Source: Gammaproteobacteria bacterium | GTDB lineage: Bacteria > Pseudomonadota > Gammaproteobacteria > GCA-001735895 | Reading direction: 5' to 3' | NCBI GenBank assembly: GCA_020354435.1 | Contig: CP070646.1 | Location: forward strand, 3,379,818 to 3,443,817 | DNA: 64,000 nucleotides | In this document: positions 1 to 10,209 of the stretch, one piece after another | Layout of the letters: every line of letters starts with the position of its first letter | How positions within the stretch are numbered: the first letter of the stretch is position 1 | The notes under the pieces: generated by a model | Told to the model about the DNA's origin: nothing | Database searches by the model: none | The model's input: the letters and a program-made list of their open reading frames with translations, nothing else | Made by a program: the position numbers and the translations under genes

Positions 1-32
1 TCTTTTAGCCGGGATTGCTGATCTTGATCCAT
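1..32 (-). CDS. rpoD: RNA polymerase sigma-70 RpoD, first ~10 codons only (runs off left edge)
   Basis: The reverse strand from 32 reads ATG GAT CAA GAT CAG CAA TCC CGG CTA AAA (MDQDQQSRLK), which resembles the conserved QQSRLK start of gammaproteobacterial RpoD. It lies directly downstream of dnaG as in the classical dnaG-rpoD arrangement. It is too short to be certain. Confidence 0.5.
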   Translation of the reverse strand, partial: MDQDQQSRLK

Positions 33-101
33 GGTGCCTCGAAATAGTGAATGTTGCGGGGTAACAGTACAGTATATAAGACTATTTTTGCTTTTTCCAA
101 G

Positions 102-1838
102 CTAACTGCTTTCCCTGTGTTGATTTGTGAATAATTTTCTGTGCTCGATTTTTTCAGCCTCGGTCAGGCCCTCCCCGGACTGTAATTTCGTGATCAGGCG
201 CTTCTGGCGGTGGTCAATATACTGTTTTTGCAGGCTTTGTAAACAGTCGGCGAACATGCGTTCGAGGTTTTCCTCGTTCTCTACCGGGGGCTCCATAGTC
301 GCCAGCTTGTAGAGGTGCGTTTCATGTGCGTCGCCACGGAAGCGATCGAGCAGGTTTTGCGTGCTGATTTCCGGTTCGTCGTGAATGCGATCCAGAATCT
401 TGAGCAACAGGTCAACCCCGGGTATATCGCTGTCGGCGAGCTCGTGATGGGTGCCGGTGCTATTGGCCAGCGCCGGTTTTTTCAGCAACAGGTTGATTGC
501 AAGCCGGGTAGGGGTCCAGTGCTGCTCCGGCAGCCGCGCCGGTGCCGCCCTGGCCGGCCTGTCCTCGCCCAGCAGACGCAGCATGCGGCCGTCTATTTTC
601 TGCCCCAGGCGCTGTTCGACCTCGGCCAGAATCTGGTCCTTAAGGCTCTGCAAAGGAATCTGGCCGAAGTAGGGCCGCAGGCGGTCGAGAAACTGGGCGC
701 GGCCTTCGAGCGTGTTGATGTTGCATTCCGCAAGCAGCTTCTGGAACAGGAACTGGGTTAAGGTCGAGGCCTGATCCGCAAGTTGCTCGAAAGCGTCCTG
801 GCCGAATTCGCTGATATAGCTGTCCGGATCCTGGCCCTCGGGCAGAAACAGAAAACGCGCGAGCCGACCTTCTTTCAGCGAGGTCAGGCATTCTTCGAGC
901 GAGCGCCAGGCCGCCTTATTGCCGGCGGCGTCGCCGTCGAAGCAGAACACCAGGTTCTTGCAAATGCGGAACAGCGACTCGATCTGGCGGTTGTTGATCG
1001 CCGTGCCTAGCGTCGCCACCGCGGTCTGCACGCCGTGCTCGGCCAGCGCGACGACGTCCATGTAACCCTCGGTGATGTAGATGCGGTCAATATTGGTAAC
1101 CGTCTTTTTCATTTCGTACAGGCCGTAGATTTCGTCGCTCTTGTGGAACAGCGTCGATTCCGGCGAGTTCAGGTACTTCGGGTTATCCTCGGGATTGATG
1201 ACGCGGCCGCCGAATGCAATTGTGCGCCCGCGGCGGTCGCGAATCGGGAACATCAGGCGGTGACGGAACCGGTCGTACTGCTTGCCATCTTCCTTTTTCA
1301 CCAGCATGCCGGTCTCGATCAGCAGTTTTTCGTCGCCCTCGAGGTTGTTCCAGCCCGGGGGCGCGTAGCCGATGCCGAAGGTTTTCGCAGTCTGGCCGCT
1401 GATACCGCGGTTCTTCAGATAATCGATCGCAACCTGCGACTGTTTCAGCTGTTGCTGGTAATAGGCGGAACACCGTTCCATCGACTGGAACATTGGTTCG
1501 AAGGTGTCCCTGGCCTGGCGTGCCGGTACGCTGCCTTTCTCGTAGGGGACTTCGAGACCGAGGGATGAAGCCAGCGACTCGATCGCTTCGACGAACTCCA
1601 TGTGGTCGTAATCCATCAGGAAGCCGACCGCGTTACCCGATTTCTGGCAGCCGAAGCAATGGTAGAACTGTTTCGAGGGGCTGACCGAAAAGGAGGGGGT
1701 CTTTTCGCCGTGGAACGGGCAACAGGCCCAGTATTCGCGGCCCTTTTTCTTTAGCGGCACGCGGCTGTCGATAACCTCGACGATATCGACACGGTTGAGC
1801 AGGTCGTCGATGAAGCTGCGGGGTATGCGTCCAGCCAT
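102..1838 (-). CDS. dnaG: DNA primase
   Basis: 578-aa ORF with an N-terminal zinc-ribbon (CCPFHGEKTPSF...CFGC) and a TOPRIM segment (ITEGYMDVVAL). Confidence 0.95.
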   Translation of the reverse strand: MAGRIPRSFIDDLLNRVDIVEVIDSRVPLKKKGREYWACCPFHGEKTPSFSVSPSKQFYHCFGCQKSGNAVGFLMDYDHMEFVEAIESLASSLGLEVPYEKGSVPARQARDTFEPMFQSMERCSAYYQQQLKQSQVAIDYLKNRGISGQTAKTFGIGYAPPGWNNLEGDEKLLIETGMLVKKEDGKQYDRFRHRLMFPIRDRRGRTIAFGGRVINPEDNPKYLNSPESTLFHKSDEIYGLYEMKKTVTNIDRIYITEGYMDVVALAEHGVQTAVATLGTAINNRQIESLFRICKNLVFCFDGDAAGNKAAWRSLEECLTSLKEGRLARFLFLPEGQDPDSYISEFGQDAFEQLADQASTLTQFLFQKLLAECNINTLEGRAQFLDRLRPYFGQIPLQSLKDQILAEVEQRLGQKIDGRMLRLLGEDRPARAAPARLPEQHWTPTRLAINLLLKKPALANSTGTHHELADSDIPGVDLLLKILDRIHDEPEISTQNLLDRFRGDAHETHLYKLATMEPPVENEENLERMFADCLQSLQKQYIDHRQKRLITKLQSGEGLTEAEKIEHRKLFTNQHRESS

Positions 1839-1966
1839 TTACTCGCGTATTTCGTCGGATCGGTTACAGGGCCGGACATTTTCGCATGATTCGCGCCAGG
1901 GCAGTAGGGCGTATGGGTAAATTTGCGATTGGCCTCAGGTCGGATCTGGCGCGACGGAAATATGAT

Positions 1967-2076
1967 GTCATTGCGAGAACCGCACCAAAGCCTGTCATTG
2001 CGAGCGTGGCGAAGCAATCTTCCCAAGTTTTGGATGTTTGCCAAGATTGCTTCGGCCTCGCGGTCCTCGCAATGAC
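1967..2076. repeat. Nested-palindrome intergenic repeat, family A copy 1
   Basis: GTCATTGCGAG (1994-2004, with an extra half-arm at 1967-1977), GCGAAGCAATCTT, AAGATTGCTTCGGCCTCGCGGTCCTCGCAATGAC ending at 2076. It lies between the gltD stop and the dnaG start. Confidence 0.75.
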
Positions 2077-2092
2077 GTTTTGTATTGGTAAG

Positions 2093-3532
2093 CTAACGGG
2101 GCAGTTCAGTCTGGCCCATCAGGAAGCGGTCGACCGAGCGCGCCGCCTGGCGTCCTTCGCGGATGGCCCAAACCACCAGCGATTGCCCGCGGCGGGCGTC
2201 GCCGCAGGCGAATACCTTGTCGACCGAGCTGCGGTAATCGGCTTCGCTGGCCTCGACGTTGCCGCGCTGGTCGAGCTCGACGCCGAGATCGGCCAACAGG
2301 CCCTCGTGAACAGGGTGTACGAAGCCCATTGCCAGCAGGATCAGGTCCGCTTCGATGGTGAATTCGCTGCCCTCGATCTCGGACATCCGCATTTGTCCGG
2401 TTTCGCCCTGCTTCCATTCCAGTCGAACCAGTTCGAGGCCGGTGACGATCCCGTTTTCACTCCTGATCGAACGCGTCGCCACCGACCAGTCGCGCTCGCA
2501 GCCTTCGTGGTGCGAAGTCGAGGTGCGCAGCTTGAGCGGCCAGTTGGGCCAGGTCAGCAGCTTGTCTTCGCGCTCCGGCGGACGCGGCATGATTTCGAGC
2601 TGGGTGACGCTGGCGGCGCCCTGGCGGTTGGACGTGCCGACGCAGTCGGCGCCGGTGTCGCCACCGCCGATAACGATGACGTTCTTGCCCTTGGCGAGGA
2701 TGTCGTCGTCGCTGACTGCCTCGCCGCTGACGCGACGATTCTGCTGGGTCAGAAAGTCCATTGCGAAATGCACGCCCGCGGCTTCGCGCCCGGGGATCTC
2801 GAGGTCGCGCGGTTTTTCCGAGCCGCAGGCGAGCACGACCGCATCGTAGTCGCTTAGCAGGTCGCTCACGGGTACGTTGACACCGATGTGACTGTTGGGA
2901 CGGAAACGAATGCCTTCCGCCTGCATCTGCGCGATGCGGCGGTCGACCTTGTCCGCTTCCATCTTGAAGTCGGGAATGCCGTAGCGCAGTAAACCGCCCA
3001 TGCGGCGATTCTTTTCGAACACGGCGACCCGATGGCCGGTGCGCGCCAGTTGCTGCGCGCAGGCGAGGCCCGCCGGGCCGGAGCCGACGACGGCGACACG
3101 CTTGCCGCTGCGGCGCACCGGAACCTGCGGTTCTATCCAGCCTTCCTGCCAGCCGCGGTCGACGATCGCGCATTCGATGGTCTTGATCGTCACCGGCTCG
3201 TCGTCGAGATTCAGCGTGCATGACTCTTCGCAGGGCGCCGGGCACAGCCGCCCGGTGAACTCGGGAAAGTTATTGGTCGAGTGCAATACGTCGAGTGCCT
3301 CGCGCCAACGGTCGCGGTAGACCAGGTCGTTCCACTCGGGAATGATGTTGTTGACCGGGCAACCGTTGTGGCAAAACGGGATGCCGCAGTCCATGCAGCG
3401 CGCCGCCTGGTCTCGCGTGGCCTCGTCTCCGAGCGGAATGACGAATTCATTGTAGTGCTTGAGGCGATCGGCGACCGCGGCGTATTCGCGGTCGCGTCGG
3501 CGAATCTCGATGAATCCTGTAGCCTTACCCAT
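2093..3532 (-). CDS. gltD: Glutamate synthase (NADPH) small subunit
   Basis: 479-aa ORF with an Fe-S cysteine cluster ([14 protein letters not shown]), a dinucleotide fold ([12 protein letters not shown]) and a C-terminal FACGD...GRQAA motif. It sits immediately downstream of gltB. Confidence 0.95.
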   Translation of the reverse strand: MGKATGFIEIRRRDREYAAVADRLKHYNEFVIPLGDEATRDQAARCMDCGIPFCHNGCPVNNIIPEWNDLVYRDRWREALDVLHSTNNFPEFTGRLCPAPCEESCTLNLDDEPVTIKTIECAIVDRGWQEGWIEPQVPVRRSGKRVAVVGSGPAGLACAQQLARTGHRVAVFEKNRRMGGLLRYGIPDFKMEADKVDRRIAQMQAEGIRFRPNSHIGVNVPVSDLLSDYDAVVLACGSEKPRDLEIPGREAAGVHFAMDFLTQQNRRVSGEAVSDDDILAKGKNVIVIGGGDTGADCVGTSNRQGAASVTQLEIMPRPPEREDKLLTWPNWPLKLRTSTSHHEGCERDWSVATRSIRSENGIVTGLELVRLEWKQGETGQMRMSEIEGSEFTIEADLILLAMGFVHPVHEGLLADLGVELDQRGNVEASEADYRSSVDKVFACGDARRGQSLVVWAIREGRQAARSVDRFLMGQTELPR

Positions 3533-3561
3533 GGTTAATCCTCACGTTATTGCTGCCGCGA

Positions 3562-6500
3562 TCACGCGCCGATGGCGACGCTGACGCCCGCTTCTTCACG
3601 CACCTGATCCTGCATTTTCTGCAAGGCCTTGCGGTATTCGACCGGCATGACCTTGACGAAGCGATTGCGATAGTGGTCCCAGTTGTCGAGGATTTCGGCC
3701 GCCCTGGCGCTGCCGGTGTGAAGACGGTGTGTTTCGATCAGCGTCTTCAGCCGCTGCTCGTCGTGACGCGTCAGATCATGCATGATGTCCACCAGGCCGT
3801 GCCCCTCCAGATCGCCGCCCTGGTGGTCGAAATGCTCCAGAGCTTCGTCTTCGGCGGTGATCGGCTCGAGTTCGACCATGGCGAGATTGCAGCGCATTTC
3901 GAACATGCCGTCTTCGTCGAACACGTAGGCGATGCCGCCGCTCATGCCGGCGGCGAAATTACGGCCGGTATGTCCGAGCACTACGACGCAGCCACCGGTC
4001 ATGTATTCACAGCCGTGATCGCCGACGCCCTCGACTACCGCGGTGGCGCCGGAATTACGCACGCAGAAGCGTTCGCCGGCGACGCCGGAAAAGAAAACTT
4101 CGCCGGATATTGCACCGTACAAAACCGTGTTGCCGACGATGATGTTTTCGTCCGCGTCGAATCGCGATTCGGCCGGGGGGTAGACGATGATGCGGCCGCC
4201 GGATAGTCCCTTGCCGGTGTAGTCGTTGGCTTCGCCGGCGAGTTCCAGCGTAATGCCGGCGGCGAGGAAGGCGCCGAAACTCTGCCCGCCGTTACCCCGT
4301 GTCTTGATGTGAATGGTGTTATCCGGCAAACCCGTGTGACCGTAACGGCGTGCGACTTCACCGGACAGCATCGAGCCGATGGTGCGATTGACGTTGGTGA
4401 CCTCGACATCGTCGAGCACGACCGCTTCCCCTTTTTCGAGCGCCGCGGCCGATCTGGCGATGAGCTGGTGGTCCAGGGCCTGATCGAGGCCGTGATCCTG
4501 TTCCTCGCAATTGTAAATCGCGACGTTTTCGCCAGCCTGCGGCACGGTGAAGATGCCAGTGAAATCGAGGCCCTTCGTCTTCCAGTGGTCGACCGCCTTG
4601 CTGACGTCGAGGCGATCGGCATGGCCGATCATCTCGCTGTAGCTGCGGTAGCCGAGTTTCGCCATCCACTCGCGCACCTCCTCGGCGACGAACATGAAGA
4701 AATTCACCAGGTCTTCCGGTTTCGCGGTAAAGCGCTTACGCAGCTCCGGGTCCTGGGTGGCGACGCCCACCGGGCAGGTGTTGAGGTGGCATTTGCGCAT
4801 CATGATGCAACCCTCGGCGATCAGCGCGATGGTGCCGAAACCGATTTCGTCGGCGCCGAGCAGGGCCGCGACGACGATGTCGCGGCCGGTGCGCATGCCG
4901 CCGTCGGCCTGTACCGCGATGCGTCCGCGCAGGTCATTCAGAACCAGCGTCTGGTGGGTTTCGGCCAGTCCGATTTCCCATTCCGAGCCCGCGTTCATGG
5001 TCGACGTCAGCGGGCTGGCGCCGGTGCCGCCCTCGGAGCCGGAAATGAGCACGTGATCGGCATGCGCCTTGGAAACGCCGGCGGCTACGGTGCCGACACC
5101 GATCTCGGAAACCAGCTTGACGCTGATGCGCGCCTGCGGGTTGACGTTCTTCAAATCGTGGATCAGCTGCGCCAGGTCCTCGATCGAGTAAATGTCGTGG
5201 TGCGGCGGCGGTGAAATCAGCCCGACGCCGGGGGTCGAATGGCGCACGCGAGCGATCCATTCGTTGACTTTGTGTCCCGGCAGCTGCCCGCCCTCGCCGG
5301 GCTTGGCGCCCTGTGCCATCTTGATCTGGATGTCGTCCGCGTTGACCAGGTATTCGGTGGTGACGCCGAATCGCCCCGAGGCGATTTGCTTGACTCGCGA
5401 ACGCATCGAATCACCGTTTGGCAGGGTCGCGTATCGCTCCGCTTCCTCGCCGCCTTCGCCGGTATTGGAGCGCCCGCCGATGCGGTTCATCGCGATCGCC
5501 AGCGTGGTGTGCGCTTCCCACGAGATCGAGCCGAAAGACATTGCGCCGGTGGCAAAGCGCTTGACGATTTCGCTGGCCGGCTCGACTTCGTCGAGCGGCA
5601 CCGGGTCACGGTCGAACCTGAACTCGAACAGGCCGCGCAGGTTTTTAACCCGGTCGCCGGGACGGTTCATCAGTTCGCTGTATTCCCTGTACTTTTCATA
5701 GTCGCCGGAACGCACCGCGTGTTGCAGCAGGGAAATGGTTTGCGGCGTCCAGGCATGTTTCTCGCCGCGATGGCGGTAGGCCAGTTCGCCGCCGATTTCG
5801 AGCGAGTTACGCAGCATCGGCTCGTTGCCGTAGGCCGCCCTGTGGCGACGCACCGTCTCCTCGGCCACCTCGGCGAGTCCGATGCCTTCGACTGCCGTTG
5901 CGGTGCCGGCGAAATACTTGTCGACGAAGGCGCTGTTAAGGCCAACGGCATCGAAAATCTGCGCGCCGCAATACGACTGGTAGGTCGAAATACCCATTTT
6001 CGACATGACCTTGAGAATGCCCTTGTTGATCGCCTTGATGTAGCGGCCATGCGCCTCGTCGACGCCGAGTTCGTCGTCGAGGCCGGGTAACATATGGGTA
6101 ATACTGTCGAGTGCGAGGTAGGGATTGATTGCCTCGGCGCCGTAGCCGGCGAGCAGGCAAAAATCGTGCACCCGGCGTGCCTCGCCGGTTTCGACGACGA
6201 TGCCGACATCGGTGCGCAGGCCGTGGCGAATCAGGTAGTGATGTACTGCACCGGTGGCGAGCAGCGACGGAATCGCAATCGAGTCGGTATCGACGGCCCG
6301 ATCCGACAGAATGAGGATATTGAATCCGCTCTCCTCGACCAGTTTGCCGGCCCTTCTACACAAACGTTCGACGGCGGTCTGCATGCCAGCCGCGCCCTCG
6401 GTTGCCGGGTAGACGATATCGAGCGTGTAGGTTCTGAAGGCGCTCTGTTCGAAGTCCTCGATGCGGCGGATTTTCTCGAGATCGACGCTGGAGAGAATCG

Positions 6501-8214
6501 GCTGGTGCACTTCCAGTCGCCGGTGTTTGCCGCCAGACTTGAGGTCGAGCAGGTTTGGCCGCGGGCCGATCAGCGACACCAGCGACATGACCAGCTCCTC
6601 ACGGATCGGATCGATTGGCGGGTTGGTGACCTGGGCGAAATTCTGTTTGAAGTAGTCGAACAGGTTCTTGGCCCGGTGCGACAACACGGCCGGCGGAATA
6701 TCGCGCCCCATCGCGCTGACCGGGTCCTGGCCGGTGACGGCCATTGGTTTAAGGAAGAAATCCATGTCTTCGCGCGTGTAACCGAAGGCTTGCTGGCAAT
6801 CGAGCAGCGTCGCCGAGTCGGGTACCATGGCGGCGACCTCCGCCGGTACGTCCTCGAGCTTGATCTGGGTTTTATCCAGCCACTGCTGGTAAGGCTTGGC
6901 GGTGGCCAGCTGCTCCTTCAGTTCCTCGTCGTCAATGATGCGGCCCTGCTCGAGGTCGATAAGAAACATCTTGCCGGGCTGCAGGCGCCACTTCTTGACG
7001 ATTTTTTCTTCCGCAATGTCCAGAACGCCCATTTCCGAGGCCATTACCACGATACCGTCGTCGGTAATCAGGTAACGCGCCGGGCGCAAACCGTTGCGAT
7101 CGAGCGTGGCGCCGATCTGGCGGCCGTCAGAAAAAGCGACCGCGGCGGGCCCGTCCCAGGGTTCCATCAAGGCGGCGTGGTACTCGTAGAAGGCGCGCCG
7201 GTTGTCATCCATCAGCGGGTTGTCTAGCCACGCTTCCGGAATCATTAACATGATCGCGTGCGCCAGCGAGTAACCGCCGGCGACCAGCAGTTCGAGACAA
7301 TTGTCGAAGGTCGCCGAATCCGAGTTACCGTCGCCGATCAGCGGCCACAGTTTTTCCAGGTCGTCGCCGAACAGGTCGGATTGCATGTTGGCGCGTCGCG
7401 CCTGCATCCAGTTGATGTTGCCGCGCACCGTGTTGATCTCACCGTTGTGGCACAGGTAGCGGAACGGTTGCGCCAGCTCCCAGCTGGGGAAGGTGTTGGT
7501 CGAAAAGCGCTGGTGCACGAGGGCGAGCGCGGACTCGACGCGTTCGTCGCGCAGGTCGATGAAATACTTCGACAGGTTGCCGGCCAGCACCATGCCCTTG
7601 TACAGCAGCGTGCTGGTCGACATCGAGGCGACGTAGAATTCCTCGTGGGCCTCGGGTTTTATTCGGCGAATGCGAAAATGGGCGCTTTTGCGGATTACGA
7701 ACAGCTTGCGCTCGAAGGCAGCGGTATCGGGGCAGTTGTCGCCGCGGCCGATGAAGAACTGCCGAATCACTGGCTCTTTCGGCTTGACGCTGAAGCCGAG
7801 ACAGGCATTGTCGCGAGGTACGTCGCGCCAGCCGAGAACCTTCTGTCCCTCTTCGTTGGCGATTAGCTCGAGGGCGAACTCGCATTCTTTCTGGGTCGAT
7901 TCGTTTTGCGGCATGAAAACCATGGCGACCGCGTATTCCCCCGGCGGCGGCAATTCGAAACCGAGTTCTTCGGCTTCAGAGCGCATCAGGCGATCGGGAA
8001 TTTGTATCAGGATGCCTGCGCCGTCTCCGGCCAGCGGGTCCGCGCCGACCGCGCCGCGATGCGTCAGGTTTTCGAGGATCGTGAGCCCGTCGCGCACGAT
8101 CTTGTGACTCTTGCGGTTCTTGATATCGGCGATGAAGCCGATGCCACACGAATCGTGCTCGTTTCGCGGATCGTACAGACCCTTTTCGAATTTGTTGTTT
8201 TCGCCGTTCAACAT
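3562..8214 (-). CDS. gltB: Glutamate synthase large subunit
   Basis: Very long ORF with an Ntn-amidotransferase N-terminus (EHDSCGIGF). I prefer the ATG at 8214 (MLNGENNKF), which is preceded by AAGGTG. The track start at 8262 is a TTG extension. Confidence 0.95.
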   Translation of the reverse strand: MLNGENNKFEKGLYDPRNEHDSCGIGFIADIKNRKSHKIVRDGLTILENLTHRGAVGADPLAGDGAGILIQIPDRLMRSEAEELGFELPPPGEYAVAMVFMPQNESTQKECEFALELIANEEGQKVLGWRDVPRDNACLGFSVKPKEPVIRQFFIGRGDNCPDTAAFERKLFVIRKSAHFRIRRIKPEAHEEFYVASMSTSTLLYKGMVLAGNLSKYFIDLRDERVESALALVHQRFSTNTFPSWELAQPFRYLCHNGEINTVRGNINWMQARRANMQSDLFGDDLEKLWPLIGDGNSDSATFDNCLELLVAGGYSLAHAIMLMIPEAWLDNPLMDDNRRAFYEYHAALMEPWDGPAAVAFSDGRQIGATLDRNGLRPARYLITDDGIVVMASEMGVLDIAEEKIVKKWRLQPGKMFLIDLEQGRIIDDEELKEQLATAKPYQQWLDKTQIKLEDVPAEVAAMVPDSATLLDCQQAFGYTREDMDFFLKPMAVTGQDPVSAMGRDIPPAVLSHRAKNLFDYFKQNFAQVTNPPIDPIREELVMSLVSLIGPRPNLLDLKSGGKHRRLEVHQPILSSVDLEKIRRIEDFEQSAFRTYTLDIVYPATEGAAGMQTAVERLCRRAGKLVEESGFNILILSDRAVDTDSIAIPSLLATGAVHHYLIRHGLRTDVGIVVETGEARRVHDFCLLAGYGAEAINPYLALDSITHMLPGLDDELGVDEAHGRYIKAINKGILKVMSKMGISTYQSYCGAQIFDAVGLNSAFVDKYFAGTATAVEGIGLAEVAEETVRRHRAAYGNEPMLRNSLEIGGELAYRHRGEKHAWTPQTISLLQHAVRSGDYEKYREYSELMNRPGDRVKNLRGLFEFRFDRDPVPLDEVEPASEIVKRFATGAMSFGSISWEAHTTLAIAMNRIGGRSNTGEGGEEAERYATLPNGDSMRSRVKQIASGRFGVTTEYLVNADDIQIKMAQGAKPGEGGQLPGHKVNEWIARVRHSTPGVGLISPPPHHDIYSIEDLAQLIHDLKNVNPQARISVKLVSEIGVGTVAAGVSKAHADHVLISGSEGGTGASPLTSTMNAGSEWEIGLAETHQTLVLNDLRGRIAVQADGGMRTGRDIVVAALLGADEIGFGTIALIAEGCIMMRKCHLNTCPVGVATQDPELRKRFTAKPEDLVNFFMFVAEEVREWMAKLGYRSYSEMIGHADRLDVSKAVDHWKTKGLDFTGIFTVPQAGENVAIYNCEEQDHGLDQALDHQLIARSAAALEKGEAVVLDDVEVTNVNRTIGSMLSGEVARRYGHTGLPDNTIHIKTRGNGGQSFGAFLAAGITLELAGEANDYTGKGLSGGRIIVYPPAESRFDADENIIVGNTVLYGAISGEVFFSGVAGERFCVRNSGATAVVEGVGDHGCEYMTGGCVVVLGHTGRNFAAGMSGGIAYVFDEDGMFEMRCNLAMVELEPITAEDEALEHFDHQGGDLEGHGLVDIMHDLTRHDEQRLKTLIETHRLHTGSARAAEILDNWDHYRNRFVKVMPVEYRKALQKMQDQVREEAGVSVAIGA

Positions 8215-8476
8215 GCTACACCTTAAGTGCTGTTTCCCGGCGCAGTCTTTCTTGCCGAGCAACCGTGCCGGGGTGTCGTGCTCGATGGAATCTGCGTCGA
8301 GAATTTTTCAGAGGCGCCTTTTTGGGTAAAAACCGCCTTTCCGGGAACCCACCAGAATAATCAGAAACGATGCATTAATCCAGCCTGAATCGCGGTTTTG
8401 GCCACGGGCGAGACAGCGGGTGCAAACGGTCGAGGATTATATCAGCAGCGACAGATTGGGTGAAATCCGCGAGGCT

Positions 8477-8493
8477 TGCACGATTTTGGTGCA
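8477..8493. promoter_or_regulatory. 17-bp palindrome TGCACGATTTTGGTGCA resembling the NtrC-type site TGCACC-N5-GGTGCA
   Basis: Read directly from the sequence. It lies about 270 bp upstream of the gltB start and 10 nt past the aroB stop. I found no convincing -24/-12 promoter nearby. Confidence 0.3.
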
Positions 8494-8502
8494 AAATTCC
8501 AA

Positions 8503-9588
8503 TCAGGCAGCCAGGGTTTGTAGCAGTTTGTCGTGATCATAGTCGCCGGTAACACAGGCTTCTCCGAGCTTGCGCAACAGTACCAGCTTGATCGTACCGT
8601 CGACGGTTTTCTTATCGATCGCCATGGTCTCGAGAAATTGCTCCGGCGTCATTTCGGCCGGCGGCGCGGTCGGCAGGGCCGCGCGCCGGAGCAACTCGAT
8701 ACTGCGCTCGCGTACGCTTTCGTCAATCCAGCCCTGGCGGATCGACAGGTCGATCGCCATGATCATGCCGGCGGCGACGGCCTCCCCATGCAGCCAGTTG
8801 CCGTAACCCATCACCGCTTCGATAGCGTGGCCGAAGGTATGGCCGAGATTGAGGATTGCGCGCAGGCCGGATTCGCGCTCGTCCTGTTCGACCACACGCG
8901 CCTTGATCCGGCACGAGACCAACACCGCCTGTGCGAGCAAATCGACGTCACCGGTCATCAGGCCGTCAATGTTTTGCTCCAGCCAGTCGAAGAATTCGGC
9001 ATCGTAAATCAGCCCGTACTTGATCACCTCGGCCATGCCCGCTGAGAGTTCGCGCGCAGACAGGGTGCCGAAACTGTCGATATCGGCGATGACGCATTGC
9101 GGCTGGTAAAACGCACCGATCATATTTTTACCAAGCGGATGGTTGACCCCGGTTTTACCTCCGACCGAAGAGTCGACCTGGGACAATAGCGTGGTCGGCA
9201 TCTGGATAAAGTTTACCCCGCGTTGGTAAATGCTGGCGGCGAAGCCGGCGATGTCGCCGATGACGCCGCCTCCGAGCGCGATGATGGTGCTGCGACGGTC
9301 ATGACGCTGGCGCAGCATCAGGTCGATAATCGACTCTACCGACGCCAGCGTCTTGAACTGCTCGCCATCCTCGAGAATCACCTGGTCCTGACGAATCCCG
9401 AGACTTTCGAGCGCAGTTTGAATCCGCGCCAGGTAGAGCGGGGCGACGGTGGTATTGGATACGATTAACGCGGAACTGCCGAGAATGTGCTGGCCGATCA
9501 GTTCCGCCTGGCCGAGCAGGTCGGTACCAATGTATATCGGATAACTACGCTCGCCAAGGTCGACGCCAAGCCGGTGAATAATCTTCAT
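8503..9588 (-). CDS. aroB: 3-dehydroquinate synthase
   Basis: 361-aa ORF with the GGGVIGD nucleotide-binding motif and metal-binding HTFGHA. It follows aroK as in the conserved aroK-aroB pair. Confidence 0.95.
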   Translation of the reverse strand: MKIIHRLGVDLGERSYPIYIGTDLLGQAELIGQHILGSSALIVSNTTVAPLYLARIQTALESLGIRQDQVILEDGEQFKTLASVESIIDLMLRQRHDRRSTIIALGGGVIGDIAGFAASIYQRGVNFIQMPTTLLSQVDSSVGGKTGVNHPLGKNMIGAFYQPQCVIADIDSFGTLSARELSAGMAEVIKYGLIYDAEFFDWLEQNIDGLMTGDVDLLAQAVLVSCRIKARVVEQDERESGLRAILNLGHTFGHAIEAVMGYGNWLHGEAVAAGMIMAIDLSIRQGWIDESVRERSIELLRRAALPTAPPAEMTPEQFLETMAIDKKTVDGTIKLVLLRKLGEACVTGDYDHDKLLQTLAA

Positions 9589-9590
9589 GT

Positions 9591-10130
9591 TTACTTCAGG
9601 TTGTCGGGTAACTGGTTGATGATATCGGCCGCCAGCCGGCGGGCCATGCGTTTGTCGGTTTTTACCGCGAGGTCGGCCAGATCGAGGTAGATCGGTCGAC
9701 GTTCCTTTGACAGGGCCTCGAGACGTTCTCGCGGATTTTCGGTCTGCAGCAGCGGTCTTTTCTTGTCCCGGGCCAGGCGCTGCATTTGCTGGTTGACCGA
9801 GGTGTCGAGAAAAATAATGTATCCCTTCTGTTTGAGCAAACGCTGGTTTTCTTCGCGCAGCACCGAGCCACCGCCGGTGGCAATGACCCGGTTGTTACTG
9901 CTCAGCAGTTCGTTCAGCGCATTTGACTCGCGCTCGCGAAAACCTTCCTCGCCCTCGATGTCGAAAATGCGCGCAATGTCGACGCCGGTGCGTTTTTCGA
10001 TGAATTGATCGCTGTCCTGGAATTCGCGGTGCAGCCGCTTGGCGATGATATTGCCGATAGTCGACTTGCCCGAACCCATGGGTCCGATCAGGATGATGTT
10101 GCGATGGCTCATGCGGTTATGATAACTCAA
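9591..10130 (-). CDS. aroK: Shikimate kinase
   Basis: P-loop GPMGSGKST near the N-terminus and a size of about 175 aa. The start may be the internal Met at 10112. Confidence 0.9.
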   Translation of the reverse strand: MSYHNRMSHRNIILIGPMGSGKSTIGNIIAKRLHREFQDSDQFIEKRTGVDIARIFDIEGEEGFRERESNALNELLSSNNRVIATGGGSVLREENQRLLKQKGYIIFLDTSVNQQMQRLARDKKRPLLQTENPRERLEALSKERRPIYLDLADLAVKTDKRMARRLAADIINQLPDNLK

Positions 10131-10150
10131 TCCCGCATTCGCGGAGCCTG

Positions 10151-10186
10151 ATAAAAATAAAAAAAGGGCAGCCCTCGGGCTGCCCT
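10151..10186 (-). terminator. Rho-independent terminator after pilQ
   Basis: Stem GGGCAGCC/GGCTGCCC (10166-10185) followed on the minus strand by TTTTTTTATTTTTAT. Confidence 0.7.
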
Positions 10187-10209
10187 TTTCGTTTCTGTCC
10201 GGCCCTTGT

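Noticed and set aside
1886-7227. Long plus-strand ORFs (1886-2857, 3550-4206, 4309-5214, 5239-6090, 6094-7227) opposite gltD and gltB
   Set aside because: They tile the antisense strand of two strongly supported genes. They show the typical stop-codon-poor antisense frame of GC-rich genes and have no independent support.
8215-8470. Search for a sigma-54 -24/-12 promoter to go with the NtrC-like palindrome (for example CGGCACGGTTGCT on the minus strand near 8262-8280)
   Set aside because: The GG and GC elements are spaced about 3 nt too close relative to TGGCAC-N5-TTGC. No other acceptable match was seen, so no sigma-54 promoter is reported.
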